39,612 nt of DNA from Clostridiales bacterium (GTDB taxonomy: Bacteria; Bacillota; Clostridia; Christensenellales; CAG-138). Under the pieces are notes generated by a model, which was given only the letters and a program-made list of their open reading frames with translations, did no database searches and was not told the origin of the DNA. Made by a program: the position numbers and the translations under genes. Location: positions 1 to 39,612 of the forward strand of contig JAISXK010000130.1 in the NCBI GenBank assembly GCA_031270585.1, in the 5' to 3' direction. Of this stretch, positions 16,616 through 25,910 are shown piece by piece; the stretch's first letter is position 1, and the number at the start of each line of letters is the position of its first letter.

Positions 16616-17260
16616 ATGACAGATATTTGCCGGCTGCTAAAGGAAGAGATTGCCGCTACCGCAGGGGGCGTGCTGGGTATAGGGATGCGCGCCGGACAGA
16701 TCGGCTGCCCGGCCGCTTCCTGCCTCGCCAGAAGCGCTATACCTTTAGCGATGCGGGCGGACGCCGGCGCGTATGCGCAGGCGTTGACAGAACGCGCGGC
16801 CAGGTTCTCCCTCTTCGGCCGGCCGCTGATAAAAAACGTGGGGCACCATAACGGGCACCTGCTCTTTTACGCGGCGGATGCGTTTTATGACGCGGCGCTT
16901 GCCGTAATACTAAAAGAACTGCCGCCAATCGCGGCGCCGGGTTCCGCCTGGCATCAGGAAGCTTTGCCCGCGCGGCTATTATATACAAAGCGCCGCATGT
17001 GGATGCTGTCGCGCAAGGCGGATGGTTGCGTTACCTGCCCCGCGGATGAAGCGGCGCGGCGCGCCCTGCTGCTGACGGCGGCCATTTACGCGCGCGGGTT
17101 AACGCGGCGCGCGCTTGAACTGCGCATGCTGGAAGCAAGCGACGCGCTTTTGACAATGACTCACCACGTAACGCCATATCTGCGGCCGCGCTTTTGCGCG
17201 CGCTGCGCCCATGTGGCGGATGCTGCGGCGCGTGTGATCCATTGGGGGCTCACGCGTTGA
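16616..17260 (+). CDS. hypothetical protein; possibly ArgRS-like N-terminal plus DALR-like C-terminal domains without a catalytic core
   Basis: 214 aa from ATG 16616, after AAGGGA; the track ORF starts at TTG 16562. The N-terminus (LLKEEIAA..., later IKNVGHHNGHLLFYAAD) loosely resembles the arginyl-tRNA synthetase add-1 domain (..IEKVEIAGPGFINFFL). No HIGH or KMSK motifs are present. The resemblance is judged by eye only. Confidence 0.4.
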   Translation: MTDICRLLKEEIAATAGGVLGIGMRAGQIGCPAASCLARSAIPLAMRADAGAYAQALTERAARFSLFGRPLIKNVGHHNGHLLFYAADAFYDAALAVILKELPPIAAPGSAWHQEALPARLLYTKRRMWMLSRKADGCVTCPADEAARRALLLTAAIYARGLTRRALELRMLEASDALLTMTHHVTPYLRPRFCARCAHVADAAARVIHWGLTR

Positions 17261-17318
17261 CTTTGGATGCAAAGCGTATAAAATGATTTTAAGGTGACAC
17301 GGCCGGAAAGGATACGAC

Positions 17319-17969
17319 ATGCTGATACACTGGTTTGCGCACAGCGCGTTTTTGCTCACCGCGCGGAATGGGCTTTCCATACTGACCGACCCGTTTGACG
17401 CCGCCATTGGCTACACGCTTGAAAACGTCGTTGCCGATGTGGTAACAATCAGCCACGACCACCATGACCACAACCATTTGGCCTCGGCTGCGGGCGCCCC
17501 GCAAGTGCTGCGCACAGAAGGAGAGTGGAAGATAAACGGCGCCGGGATTTATTCCATACCAAGCTTCCACGACGAAAAGGGCGGCGCGGAGCGCGGAGCG
17601 AATTTGATATTTTTGTTTGAGATGGACGATGTGCGTGTGTGCCACCTGGGCGATCAGGGGTGCATGCCCTCTGAAGAGGCGTTTCAAAAACTGGGCAATG
17701 TGGATGTGCTGCTGGCGCCCGTGGGCGGCATATACACCATCGGCCCCAGAGAGGTTTGCGATATTGCCAATAGAACCAACACTGCGGTGCTGATACCCAT
17801 GCACTTCCAAACGCCCAGATTGCGTCTTGGCAAACCCATACTGGGGGTGGAGCCGTTATTAAGCGTTGTAAGGTCCTGCAACATACACAGGCTCAACCAG
17901 AGCGAGTGCTGCATCACAAAAGAAACGCTGGGGCACGATAGGCTATTGGTGCTCGACCCTTCGCTGTAG
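17319..17969 (+). CDS. MBL-fold metallo-hydrolase (UPF0173-like)
   Basis: Contains ISHDHHDHN (HxHxDH-type motif) and the N-terminus HSAFLL...ILTDPF. 216 aa. Confidence 0.82.
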   Translation: MLIHWFAHSAFLLTARNGLSILTDPFDAAIGYTLENVVADVVTISHDHHDHNHLASAAGAPQVLRTEGEWKINGAGIYSIPSFHDEKGGAERGANLIFLFEMDDVRVCHLGDQGCMPSEEAFQKLGNVDVLLAPVGGIYTIGPREVCDIANRTNTAVLIPMHFQTPRLRLGKPILGVEPLLSVVRSCNIHRLNQSECCITKETLGHDRLLVLDPSL

Positions 17970-18117
17970 TACCGGCGGAGGGTTGCTGTATCGCGTATAC
18001 TGCCGCTTGCGGTTCGTTGCGGCGCCGTCCGGTAACTTCGTTCATTTTTCATGCGCGCATCCTCTTTTCGCATATGCTATACTGGTATGTGAAAAGAGAA
18101 TATGAGGGTGTGCGATT

Positions 18118-19692
18118 TTGAAAAGAGAAAAACTGAAAGACCGCCGCGCGAGGGTTAACAAACAACTAAAAGAAAAAACAACCGAAGCGCTGCGCGCGAC
18201 ATTGCCCATCACCGGCATTGTGCTGCTTTTGAGCATGACCATCGCGCCCATGCCCATAGGCTCTATGATGCTGTTTCTGTTTGGCGCGCTGATGCTGATT
18301 GTGGGCACGGGCATATTTTCGCTGGGCGCGGATATCGCGATGATCCCCATGGGCGAAGGCATGGGTGTGCAGATCAGCAAATCAAAAAAAGTAATTGTTG
18401 CGGGCATACTATGTTTTTTGATCGGCACGGTCATCACCATGGCGGAACCCGATCTTACGGTGCTCGCGAACCAAGTGCCCGCCATAGACAATTTCATGCT
18501 GATTGCGGTGGTATCCATCGGCGTAGGTATGTTTTTGACGGTCGCGCTTTTACGCGTTTTTCACCGCGTGCCGCTCAACTGGCTGCTGCTGTTCTTTTAC
18601 GCGGGGGTATTCGTTCTTACCATATTCGCGCCGGACGACTTTTTGGCCGTGGCTTTTGATTCGGGCGGCGTTACCACAGGGCCCATTACGGTGCCTTTCA
18701 TTATGGCGTTGGGTATCGGGCTATCCGCACTGCGCAGCGACAAGGCGTCCAAAGAGGATAGCTTCGGCTGGGTAGCGCTGTGCAGCATCGGCCCCATACT
18801 CGCCGTATTGCTTTTAAGCATTATTTACAACCCCTCCACGGCGGATTATCGGTTTATCACCGTGCCCGATGTGCGCACCACCGCAGAAGTCGCAAAGCAG
18901 TTTGCGGTGGGCCTGCCGCAGTATATGAAAGAGGTCGCCATCTCGATATTGCCCGTCATATTGTTGTTCTTTGTGTTTCAGGTGGTTACGCGCAGGTTTC
19001 AAAAGGGGCAGATCAAAAAGATGATCGTGGGCCTTGTGTATACCTGGGTGGGGCTGGTGCTGTTTTTAACGGGTGTAAACGTGGGCTTTTTGCCGGCGGG
19101 CCATTATATAGGCACATTGTTGGGCGGGGGCGAATTTAAATGGCTGCTTGTGCCCATAGGCATGGTAATGGGCTATTTTATTGTAGAGGCGGAGCCCGCC
19201 GTGCATGTGTTGAAAAAGCAGGTGGAGGAGATCAGCAACGGCTCCATTTCCCAGCGCGCGCTGCAAAAAAGCCTTTCCATAGGCGTGGCGTTTGCCGTAG
19301 GCATCGGGATGCTGCGCGTGCTGACGGGGGTCAGCATATTCTATTTCCTTTTGCCGGGGTATGCGATTGCCATCGTGCTCTCGTTTATCGTGCGAAGGTT
19401 CTTCACCGCCATCGCGTTTGATTCGGGCGGCGTGGCCTCCGGACCCATGACGGCCACGTTTTTATTGCCCTTCGCGCTTGGCGCAACGGAGGCTGTTGGC
19501 GGCAATATTTTAAAGGACGCCTTTGGCATTGTGGCCATGGTGGCCATGACGCCGCTCATCACCATACAGGTGTTGGGCTTTATATCCCAGCGCAAGCAGG
19601 CGCGCCGGCAAAAGGAAGAACCGCAAACCGGGCTGCGCGCGCTTGCCGCAAGCATGGTCTATTATGAGGAGGTAAACGCCCATGCCCCATAA
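18118..19692 (+). CDS. fused double DUF1538 integral membrane protein
   Basis: 524-aa polytopic ORF with a TTG start after GAGGGTG. There is an internal duplication: AFDSGGVTTGPITVPF (nt 18652-18690) and AFDSGGVASGPMTATF (nt ~19414-19452). The two copies share 17 identical nt (tttgattcgggcggcgt at 18655-18671 and 19417-19433). The DSGGV..GP motif is what I associate with DUF1538. Confidence 0.7.
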   Translation: MKREKLKDRRARVNKQLKEKTTEALRATLPITGIVLLLSMTIAPMPIGSMMLFLFGALMLIVGTGIFSLGADIAMIPMGEGMGVQISKSKKVIVAGILCFLIGTVITMAEPDLTVLANQVPAIDNFMLIAVVSIGVGMFLTVALLRVFHRVPLNWLLLFFYAGVFVLTIFAPDDFLAVAFDSGGVTTGPITVPFIMALGIGLSALRSDKASKEDSFGWVALCSIGPILAVLLLSIIYNPSTADYRFITVPDVRTTAEVAKQFAVGLPQYMKEVAISILPVILLFFVFQVVTRRFQKGQIKKMIVGLVYTWVGLVLFLTGVNVGFLPAGHYIGTLLGGGEFKWLLVPIGMVMGYFIVEAEPAVHVLKKQVEEISNGSISQRALQKSLSIGVAFAVGIGMLRVLTGVSIFYFLLPGYAIAIVLSFIVRRFFTAIAFDSGGVASGPMTATFLLPFALGATEAVGGNILKDAFGIVAMVAMTPLITIQVLGFISQRKQARRQKEEPQTGLRALAASMVYYEEVNAHAP

Positions 19693-20356
19693 TATGCGCC
19701 TGGTTATCACCATTGTTGACCGCGGGCAGGGAGAGCGCGTATCGGAATTTGGCATTGACAACCATGTGGATTACAGCTTTTTAACCCATGGCCAGGGCAC
19801 TGTGCGCTCGGAAATGCTTAATCTCCTGGGCCTTGGTACCATAGAAAAAGATATTGTTACAAGCTTTATCCCCGAGCACGCGGTAAAAGGGCACCTTGCG
19901 GGTCTTTCGGGGCTGCTAAACCTCAAGCGGCCGGGCAAGGGCATTGCCTTTACCATAAGCATGAGCGCGCTAAACGCTTTGATAGCCCACTGTGTGGATA
20001 CGGCGCTGCCGATAGAAGACGATGAAGAAAAGGAAGTGAAGCATATGCCGCCCAAGTTCAGCCTGATCGTGGTGATCAGCGAAGCGGGTTATGTGGATAA
20101 AGTGATGCATGCCGCCCGCGAAGCGGGCGCTACGGGGGGCACGCTTTTGCAAGCGCGCGGCGTTGGCAACGAGAGTACGCAAACATTCCTGGGCGAGGCG
20201 CTTTCCACGGAAAAGGAACTGATCATGATCATAGCCGCGCGCGCCGCTTATAAAGAGATTATGTCCGCCATCAACAAAAGCTGCGGGCTTTTAACCGGCG
20301 CAAAGGGCATTGTGTTTTCGCTTCCCGTGGAGGATATAGCGGGCATAGGGGAATAG
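19682..20356 (+). CDS. tandem PII-like (GlnB-fold) signal-transduction protein
   Basis: 224 aa in two halves (RLVITIVDRGQGERV... and FSLIVVISEAGYVDKVMHAAREAGATGGTLLQARGVG....EKELIMIIA......I.....KGIVFSLPVEDI). Each half has the beta-alpha-beta/T-loop/beta-alpha-beta pattern of PII proteins. The ATG lies 11 nt inside the end of the DUF1538 gene. Confidence 0.6.
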   Translation: MPHNMRLVITIVDRGQGERVSEFGIDNHVDYSFLTHGQGTVRSEMLNLLGLGTIEKDIVTSFIPEHAVKGHLAGLSGLLNLKRPGKGIAFTISMSALNALIAHCVDTALPIEDDEEKEVKHMPPKFSLIVVISEAGYVDKVMHAAREAGATGGTLLQARGVGNESTQTFLGEALSTEKELIMIIAARAAYKEIMSAINKSCGLLTGAKGIVFSLPVEDIAGIGE

Positions 20357-20380
20357 CCGGTTATACTCCATAACGGCCAA

Positions 20381-20435
20381 GGGCTGTATTGACGCGCATG
20401 GAAAATGCGTGTCAGTACAGCCCGTTTCGTTTTTT
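20381..20435 (+). terminator. intrinsic terminator of the DUF1538-PII operon
   Basis: A 19-bp imperfect stem, GGGCTGTATTGACGCGCAT/ATGCGTGTCAGTACAGCCC (20381-20423), is followed by GTTTCGTTTTTT. Confidence 0.6.
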
Positions 20436-20461
20436 AATCTTAAACTTGAGGTATCGGGTTT

Positions 20462-20734
20462 TTAGTTCAAAGCTTCCTTAAACGCCTTGCCGGCCTTAAA
20501 GGAAGGCGCGTTGGAAGCGGGGATGTCGATCTCCGCGCCCGTCATGGGGTTGTGGCCTTTGCGCGCCTCACGATGCTTCGGTTCGAATATACCAAAGCCC
20601 ACGATCTGCACTTTTTCGTTTTTCTTTAGTGTCTCGGTAACTGTCTCGATAAAAGCGTTCATGGCTTTTTCGGCATCTTTCCTGGAAAGATCGCTCTTTT
20701 GCGCAATGACGGAAATCAAATCGGCTTTATTCAT
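20462..20734 (-). CDS. hup: HU family DNA-binding protein
   Basis: The 90-aa sequence MNKADLISVIAQKSDLSRKDAEKAMNAFIETV...KVQIVGFGIFEPKHREARKGHNPMTGAEIDIPA..APSFKAGKAFKEALN is canonical HU. The start is set at ATG 20734. Confidence 0.93.
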   Translation of the reverse strand: MNKADLISVIAQKSDLSRKDAEKAMNAFIETVTETLKKNEKVQIVGFGIFEPKHREARKGHNPMTGAEIDIPASNAPSFKAGKAFKEALN

Positions 20735-20828
20735 CTGTGGAATAACCTCCTGCGTTTTAAAACTAATTTGTTTTTTCACCGAACCCTATTGTATCAGCCT
20801 TTTGGCTTCAACACAAGTCCAATCTGCC

Positions 20829-22280
20829 TTAATTTTGCCCGTTTTCGGCACTTTTTATAGCGTTCCATAGCAAATTCTGTTCATTTGGCGGCATATTCCC
20901 TAATTTCAGGCCCTTTTGGGCCGCCAGGGCCTCCATTTTTTCAAACCGCGCAATAAACTTTTCACACGCATAGCCCAGCAACTCCTCGGGATCGAGTCCC
21001 AAAAGCCGCGCTACATTTACACAAGAGAATAATAAATCGCCCATCTCCTCTCCCGTATCCCCGCAGCCGTCCATGGCGAAAAGCAGTTCGTCCGTTTCTT
21101 CGCGCAGTTTAGTGAGCGCGTCTTTGGGGTCGTCCCAATCAAAGCCCACAAGCCCGGCCTTCTTCTGCACCTTATACGCGCGCATCAGCGCCGGCAGGTT
21201 CCCGGGCACCAGTTTGAGCACCTGGGTGTGGCTTATATACTGTTTTTCCTTTTTCTTTTGCTCTTCCCACTTTACCAGCACATCGCCTGCGGTATCGGCC
21301 CGCGCCGTGCCAAACACATGCGGGTGGCGGAATATCAGTTTTTTCACAATGGCCGTCGTCACATCCCTGATGGTGAAGCGCGCCTTTTCCGCCGCGATAC
21401 CCGCGTGAAAAACGCATTGCAGCAGCACGTCACCCAGCTCTTCACAAAGCCCCGCGTCGTCCTGCCTGCCGATGGCGTCCAACACCTCGTAGCATTCTTC
21501 GATCATGGCTTTTTTCAGGCTCTCGTGGGTCTGTTCGCGATCCCAGGGGCATCCGCCCGGCGCGCGCAGCTTACGCGTTACGGCAACGAGTTCGTTAAAC
21601 CCAAACCGCGAAAGCGAGATAAGCTTGGCGGGCGGCACAATCAATACGGAGGCCGCCGCGAAAAGCGGCTGTTTATCAAGCGCGCTAAGCGGCAGTTTGG
21701 CCATAGCATACGCGCCGTCATTATGCATGGTGCAAAGCGTTACCATATGCGCGCCGTCGTAATATTCCAGCAGCCTTACTTTCACCTCGCCCGCGCGCAA
21801 TGTGTCGTCCAACCCTTCTATGACGAGCGGCAGCGAAACATCGACGTTTTGCGGCAATGCCGAAGCATAGCAGTTTGTATACGTCTCGTAAGCGCATCCG
21901 GCGCAATGTAGAGCCGCCTCGCCAAAGGGTACGCCCGCCAGCACCTTAATGAAAACGTCCGGCGGCGCCTTTTCTTTCAGCAGCGATAGAAGCGCGGGCG
22001 GGCAGCGCCCCGGCAGCGCGTAAACCGTATCGGCGGTTTTTGCGGATAGCAGCAGTTGCGCGGCGATGGCCGCGTTCGGCGCGTTACTATTCGCCGCTTC
22101 ACTATAGAGCGCGTCCATATCCGCATAGGGGATATGCGCCGCGTCAAGCGGCGACACGCAAAAAGAACGCCGGCTTTGCGCAAACACCCGCCCCGCACTT
22201 TTGCAGGCGTTCAGTGCCGCCGCAGATATGGTTTCGGGTGTGGCGAATGCCGCGATGGTTATTGTATGCATATCCTTCAC
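20829..22280 (-). CDS. YabN-like bifunctional protein (tetrapyrrole-methylase-like N-domain plus tandem MazG NTP pyrophosphohydrolase)
   Basis: MazG motifs EECYEVLDAI...EELGDVLLQ and a second ETDELLFAM....EEMGDLLF. Size (~480 aa) and position (flippase-yabN-hup) match B. subtilis yabM-yabN. The start is either GTG 22280 (a GTGA overlap with the flippase stop) or ATG 22271. Confidence 0.85.
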   Translation of the reverse strand: MKDMHTITIAAFATPETISAAALNACKSAGRVFAQSRRSFCVSPLDAAHIPYADMDALYSEAANSNAPNAAIAAQLLLSAKTADTVYALPGRCPPALLSLLKEKAPPDVFIKVLAGVPFGEAALHCAGCAYETYTNCYASALPQNVDVSLPLVIEGLDDTLRAGEVKVRLLEYYDGAHMVTLCTMHNDGAYAMAKLPLSALDKQPLFAAASVLIVPPAKLISLSRFGFNELVAVTRKLRAPGGCPWDREQTHESLKKAMIEECYEVLDAIGRQDDAGLCEELGDVLLQCVFHAGIAAEKARFTIRDVTTAIVKKLIFRHPHVFGTARADTAGDVLVKWEEQKKKEKQYISHTQVLKLVPGNLPALMRAYKVQKKAGLVGFDWDDPKDALTKLREETDELLFAMDGCGDTGEEMGDLLFSCVNVARLLGLDPEELLGYACEKFIARFEKMEALAAQKGLKLGNMPPNEQNLLWNAIKSAENGQN

Positions 22281-23932
22281 CTGCGAGGCTTCTTATTTTT
22301 CGGTGCGGCGGGGTATCGAAATACATTTTGCTCTAAAAATTTACCGCCGGGTATAAAAGCCAGGTCGGCCGGCCTGAGCATTTTTAACAGTATCACCAGC
22401 ACGCCGTAAACCAGCACGCCGGCAAACAAGGCCGCAAGCGTGACAAGAACGTTCCCAAAATTCATACCGGCCAGCCCCTCATACACATAATGCACCGTAA
22501 CGCCCATCAAAACGGACGCCAGTATGGGCTTTATAAATACATCCCACAGCCGCGCCTTCATTTTGGTTTTGTTGATCAGGTAGATCACATCCATCAGCCC
22601 CGCAGCAGCGTAGCACACCACGGTGGAAACCGCCGCGCCCTGTATGTTGATATGGGGTACGCGCACGAGCGCCATGAGCGTAACCACCTTCAATACGGCG
22701 CCAAACACCAAATTCAGCACGGGCACGCGGGCCCTGCCAAGGCCCTGTATAATGCCGGTGAGCGTTTGTACCAGCGATAAAAACACCACGCCGACGCAGG
22801 ATATTTGCATCAGTCCCGCCGTAATGGTAAGCTCCGTCTCCGTCAGGCTCGTAAAGAGCATGCGCAGTATGGGCTTTGATAGCACAAACAGGCCAATGGA
22901 GCAAGGGGCGCCGATAATCAGCGCCAGTTTCATGCCGGTACGCGCGGCGGCGCGCACCTGGTTGAGCTCGCGTTTGGCCATGTAGGAGGATATTGCCGGC
23001 ACGAGGCTTGTGGCAAGCGCCATAGTCAGCACCGCAGGCATATTGATGATGGGCGTTACGCAGGAGTATAGCAGCGCATACGCTTTACTGGCGGCTTCTA
23101 CGGTAAAGCCCGTGCTCTCCAACATGCGTATGATCAAAGCGCTGTCGATAATGCCTGTGAGCGGCATGATGGAAGCGCCTATGGTAACGGGCAGCGCAAT
23201 CCGCAAAAACCGCTTTGTAATGGTGCGTGTTAAAAGCGGTTTTTGTTGCGCCTGCGCGCGCCGCGTTTGGTAGTTGATCATCTTCTTTCTGCGCAGGTAA
23301 AAACAAAATATCACCGCGAGCCCCATCAGCTCGGACGCGGAAATGCCGATAAGCGCCCCCATCACGGCGTAGGCGGGCCCCTGCGGCGCCAATTTGGCGG
23401 CAAGCGTAAAACCTATGGCAAGCTTGCCCGCCTGCTCTACAATCTGCGAAACGCCGGTGCCCAGCATGTGCTGCATGCCCTGTAAATACCCGCGGTATGC
23501 GCACAGCAGCGAAACGAACAGCAGTGAAGGCGCAAGCGCCTTAAACGCGAGCGCCTGGTTGGCGATTTGGTCGGCAGCGTCCGCAGGGTAGGATATGGAC
23601 GCGAGCATGGAAGAACCAAAGTACATGAATGCCGTGGTGGCGGCGCCTATAAACAAAAGCAGCCACCAGGCGGTTTTGAATACGGAACGCCCGCCTTTAT
23701 AATCGCCCAGCGTGAGCCGCTCGCTGACGAGCTTGGATATTGCCGTGGGGATGCCCGATGAGGATATGACCAGCAGCCATGAATAATACCGGTAAACTAT
23801 TTCGTAATAGTGCATGCCGTCCGATCCCACGATGTTCAGCAACGGGATGCGGTAGACAAGACCTATCAATTTAACAACCAGGCCAGAGACCGCCAGTATG
23901 GCAGCGCCCTTGACGAAGGTTTTTTTCTCCAT
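22277..23932 (-). CDS. MOP-superfamily flippase (SpoVB/YabM/MurJ-like polysaccharide biosynthesis protein)
   Basis: 551-aa protein with about 14 TM segments and the N-terminus FVKGAAILAVSGLVVKLIGLVYRIPL typical of the SpoVB/YabM family. AAGGAG lies 8 nt before the ATG. Confidence 0.83.
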   Translation of the reverse strand: MEKKTFVKGAAILAVSGLVVKLIGLVYRIPLLNIVGSDGMHYYEIVYRYYSWLLVISSSGIPTAISKLVSERLTLGDYKGGRSVFKTAWWLLLFIGAATTAFMYFGSSMLASISYPADAADQIANQALAFKALAPSLLFVSLLCAYRGYLQGMQHMLGTGVSQIVEQAGKLAIGFTLAAKLAPQGPAYAVMGALIGISASELMGLAVIFCFYLRRKKMINYQTRRAQAQQKPLLTRTITKRFLRIALPVTIGASIMPLTGIIDSALIIRMLESTGFTVEAASKAYALLYSCVTPIINMPAVLTMALATSLVPAISSYMAKRELNQVRAAARTGMKLALIIGAPCSIGLFVLSKPILRMLFTSLTETELTITAGLMQISCVGVVFLSLVQTLTGIIQGLGRARVPVLNLVFGAVLKVVTLMALVRVPHINIQGAAVSTVVCYAAAGLMDVIYLINKTKMKARLWDVFIKPILASVLMGVTVHYVYEGLAGMNFGNVLVTLAALFAGVLVYGVLVILLKMLRPADLAFIPGGKFLEQNVFRYPAAPKNKKPRR

Positions 23933-24209
23933 GCAATTGCTCCTTCATTCCCGGGCAATGGAAAAACGCGCCATCGCCGCCCATCAGTATAGTATAGCAG
24001 ATTTTCCCCATTTGCAAATAAAACCGCTTCTTATGTTATACATAAAGAGCGGGAAATATATGCGGCAAAATCCCCTGTCAATTAAATTAAAGTCTATCTG
24101 TTAAGGGCTTTTCGGCAGCCTGCTATTGGTGTCACGCCTTTTTTTAGTTCCCCCTCTGTGGTATTATGGTATTATTGAGTATGAAACGCGCGTGAGGAGA
24201 TGAAATGGA

Positions 24210-25853
24210 TTGCCAAAGAGGATTGTGATCATAGGCGGCGTAGCCGGCGGCGCAACCGCCGCCACGCGTCTGCGGCGGCTGGATGAAAGAGCCGACATTA
24301 TCATGCTGGAAAAGGACGCGTACGTATCCTTCGCCAACTGCGGGTTGCCGTATTATCTGGGCAAAGAGATCGCCTTGCGCGACGCGCTGTTGATGCAAAC
24401 GCCCGAGGGGCTAAAAAGCAGATACAATATCGACGCGCGCCCAAACAGCGAAGCTGTGGCGATAGACACGGTAAAAGGGCAGGTGCGCGTGGCGCAAAAG
24501 GCGGGCGGCGCCTATACGCTCCATTATGACGCGCTCGTGCTTTGTCCCGGCGCCACACCTGTCATGCTGCCCGTTACGGAAGACGCGCGGCCGCGTGTTT
24601 TTACTTTGCGTAACATGCAGGATACGGATCAAATCCATGCCGCCATGGAACAAAAGGGCGTAAGGGACGCCGTCGTCATAGGCGGCGGGTTTATAGGCGT
24701 TGAGCTGGCGGAAAACCTTGTGAAAAGAGGTCTGTGCGTGCGGCTTATTGAGGCCGCCCCGCAGGTATTGCCGCCGCTGGACGGCGATATGGCGCGTTTC
24801 GCTTTAAAAGAGCTTGAACATAACGGCGTCGCCGTAACGCTTAACGCGCCGGTGGAGGATATCGCCATAGTGGAGGGAAGACCCGCTGTGCGCTGTCAGG
24901 ATGGCAGGCGGTTTACGGGTGATATGATCATCTGCGCCCTGGGCGTAAGGCCGGCCACCGGCTTTTTAAAGGGCAGCGGCATTGCGCTGGGCCCCAAAGG
25001 GCATATCATGGTAAACGCGCGCATGCAAAGCAATATCCCCAACATCTATGCCGCAGGCGACGCCGCGCAGATAGACGATTTTATACTGCGCACGCCCACC
25101 GCAGCGGCGCTTGCGGGCCCCGCCAACAGGCAGGCGCGCGTGGCTGCGGATAATATAGCGGGCATACCAAGCGCATATGGCGGCGCGCAGGGCACGGCCG
25201 TCGCGCGTTTGTTTTCGAAGGCGTTTGCCTGTACGGGCCTTACGGAGCGGGCGCTGGAGACCGCAGGGTTGGCGTACCACAAAATTATCGCCTACCCGTA
25301 TGCGCATGCCGCCTATTACCCCGGCGCGCGGCAGATGGCCGTGAAGCTGCTCTTCCACGAAAGCGGAAAGATTTACGGCGCGCAGGCGGCGGGCGCGGAT
25401 GGGGTGGACAAGACCGTCGATACCATCGCTACAGCCATGCGCCTGGGCGCGCACGCGGCCCAATTGGGCGAGCTGGAGCTTTGCTACGCGCCGCCGTTCT
25501 CCTCCGTCAGGGGGCCCGCCAACATATTGGGTATGATAGCGGATAATGTGATCACAGGCGTAACCCGGCTTGCGGATGAGCGCACGCTTAAAAGCGCCCC
25601 GCCCAACTCCCACACGCTGTTGGATGTGCGGACATCGTATGAATACCGGGCCGGGCATTTAGAAGGCGCCGTCAATATCCCGCTGGATACTTTGCGGGCC
25701 CGCCTGGATGAGTTGGACAAAAGCCGCGCGATCATCGTCTATTGCCAGGTAGGAGCCCGCGCCCACCTGGCCCAGCGCATACTTGCGCAAAACGGATTTG
25801 ACGCGAAAAATCTTACGGGCGGCTACCGGTGGGCTGCGGGCGGTGAAGAGTAA
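24210..25853 (+). CDS. CoA-disulfide reductase / NADH oxidase family flavoprotein with C-terminal rhodanese domain
   Basis: FAD fold IVIIGGVAGGATAA, redox Cys in SFANCGLPYY, NAD(P) fold VVIGGGFIGVELAE, and a C-terminal rhodanese active-site loop YCQVGARA. TTG start after GAGGAGA. Confidence 0.86.
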   Translation: MPKRIVIIGGVAGGATAATRLRRLDERADIIMLEKDAYVSFANCGLPYYLGKEIALRDALLMQTPEGLKSRYNIDARPNSEAVAIDTVKGQVRVAQKAGGAYTLHYDALVLCPGATPVMLPVTEDARPRVFTLRNMQDTDQIHAAMEQKGVRDAVVIGGGFIGVELAENLVKRGLCVRLIEAAPQVLPPLDGDMARFALKELEHNGVAVTLNAPVEDIAIVEGRPAVRCQDGRRFTGDMIICALGVRPATGFLKGSGIALGPKGHIMVNARMQSNIPNIYAAGDAAQIDDFILRTPTAAALAGPANRQARVAADNIAGIPSAYGGAQGTAVARLFSKAFACTGLTERALETAGLAYHKIIAYPYAHAAYYPGARQMAVKLLFHESGKIYGAQAAGADGVDKTVDTIATAMRLGAHAAQLGELELCYAPPFSSVRGPANILGMIADNVITGVTRLADERTLKSAPPNSHTLLDVRTSYEYRAGHLEGAVNIPLDTLRARLDELDKSRAIIVYCQVGARAHLAQRILAQNGFDAKNLTGGYRWAAGGEE

Positions 25854-25910
25854 TCTTTTTTATACAGGACAAGGAATAAACGCGCGGGAAAAAACCGCAA
25901 AGCCTCGCCG

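Noticed and set aside
17970-18074. Long-range pairing TACCGGCGG...CGCCG(T)CCGGTA after the 17319 MBL gene, considered as a regulatory leader for the DUF1538 operon.
   Set aside because: It lies upstream of the predicted DUF1538 promoter (18075-18083), the stem is imperfect and the following T-tract is poor. At most it is a weak terminator for the MBL gene.
20092-20100. Perfect DnaA box TGTGGATAA inside the PII-like gene. Scattered one-mismatch boxes occur near 7300, 7693 and 28742. The question was whether oriC is nearby, given mnmG-rsmG-noc.
   Set aside because: There is a single perfect box and no cluster, no AT-rich unwinding element and no dnaA or dnaN. This is compatible with chance.
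20580-20588. T-loop-like GGTTCGAAT strings, here and a similar one (cgattcgaat) near 36675, checked as possible tRNA genes.
   Set aside because: The first lies inside the hup CDS. Neither has a flanking acceptor or anticodon stem with cloverleaf complementarity.
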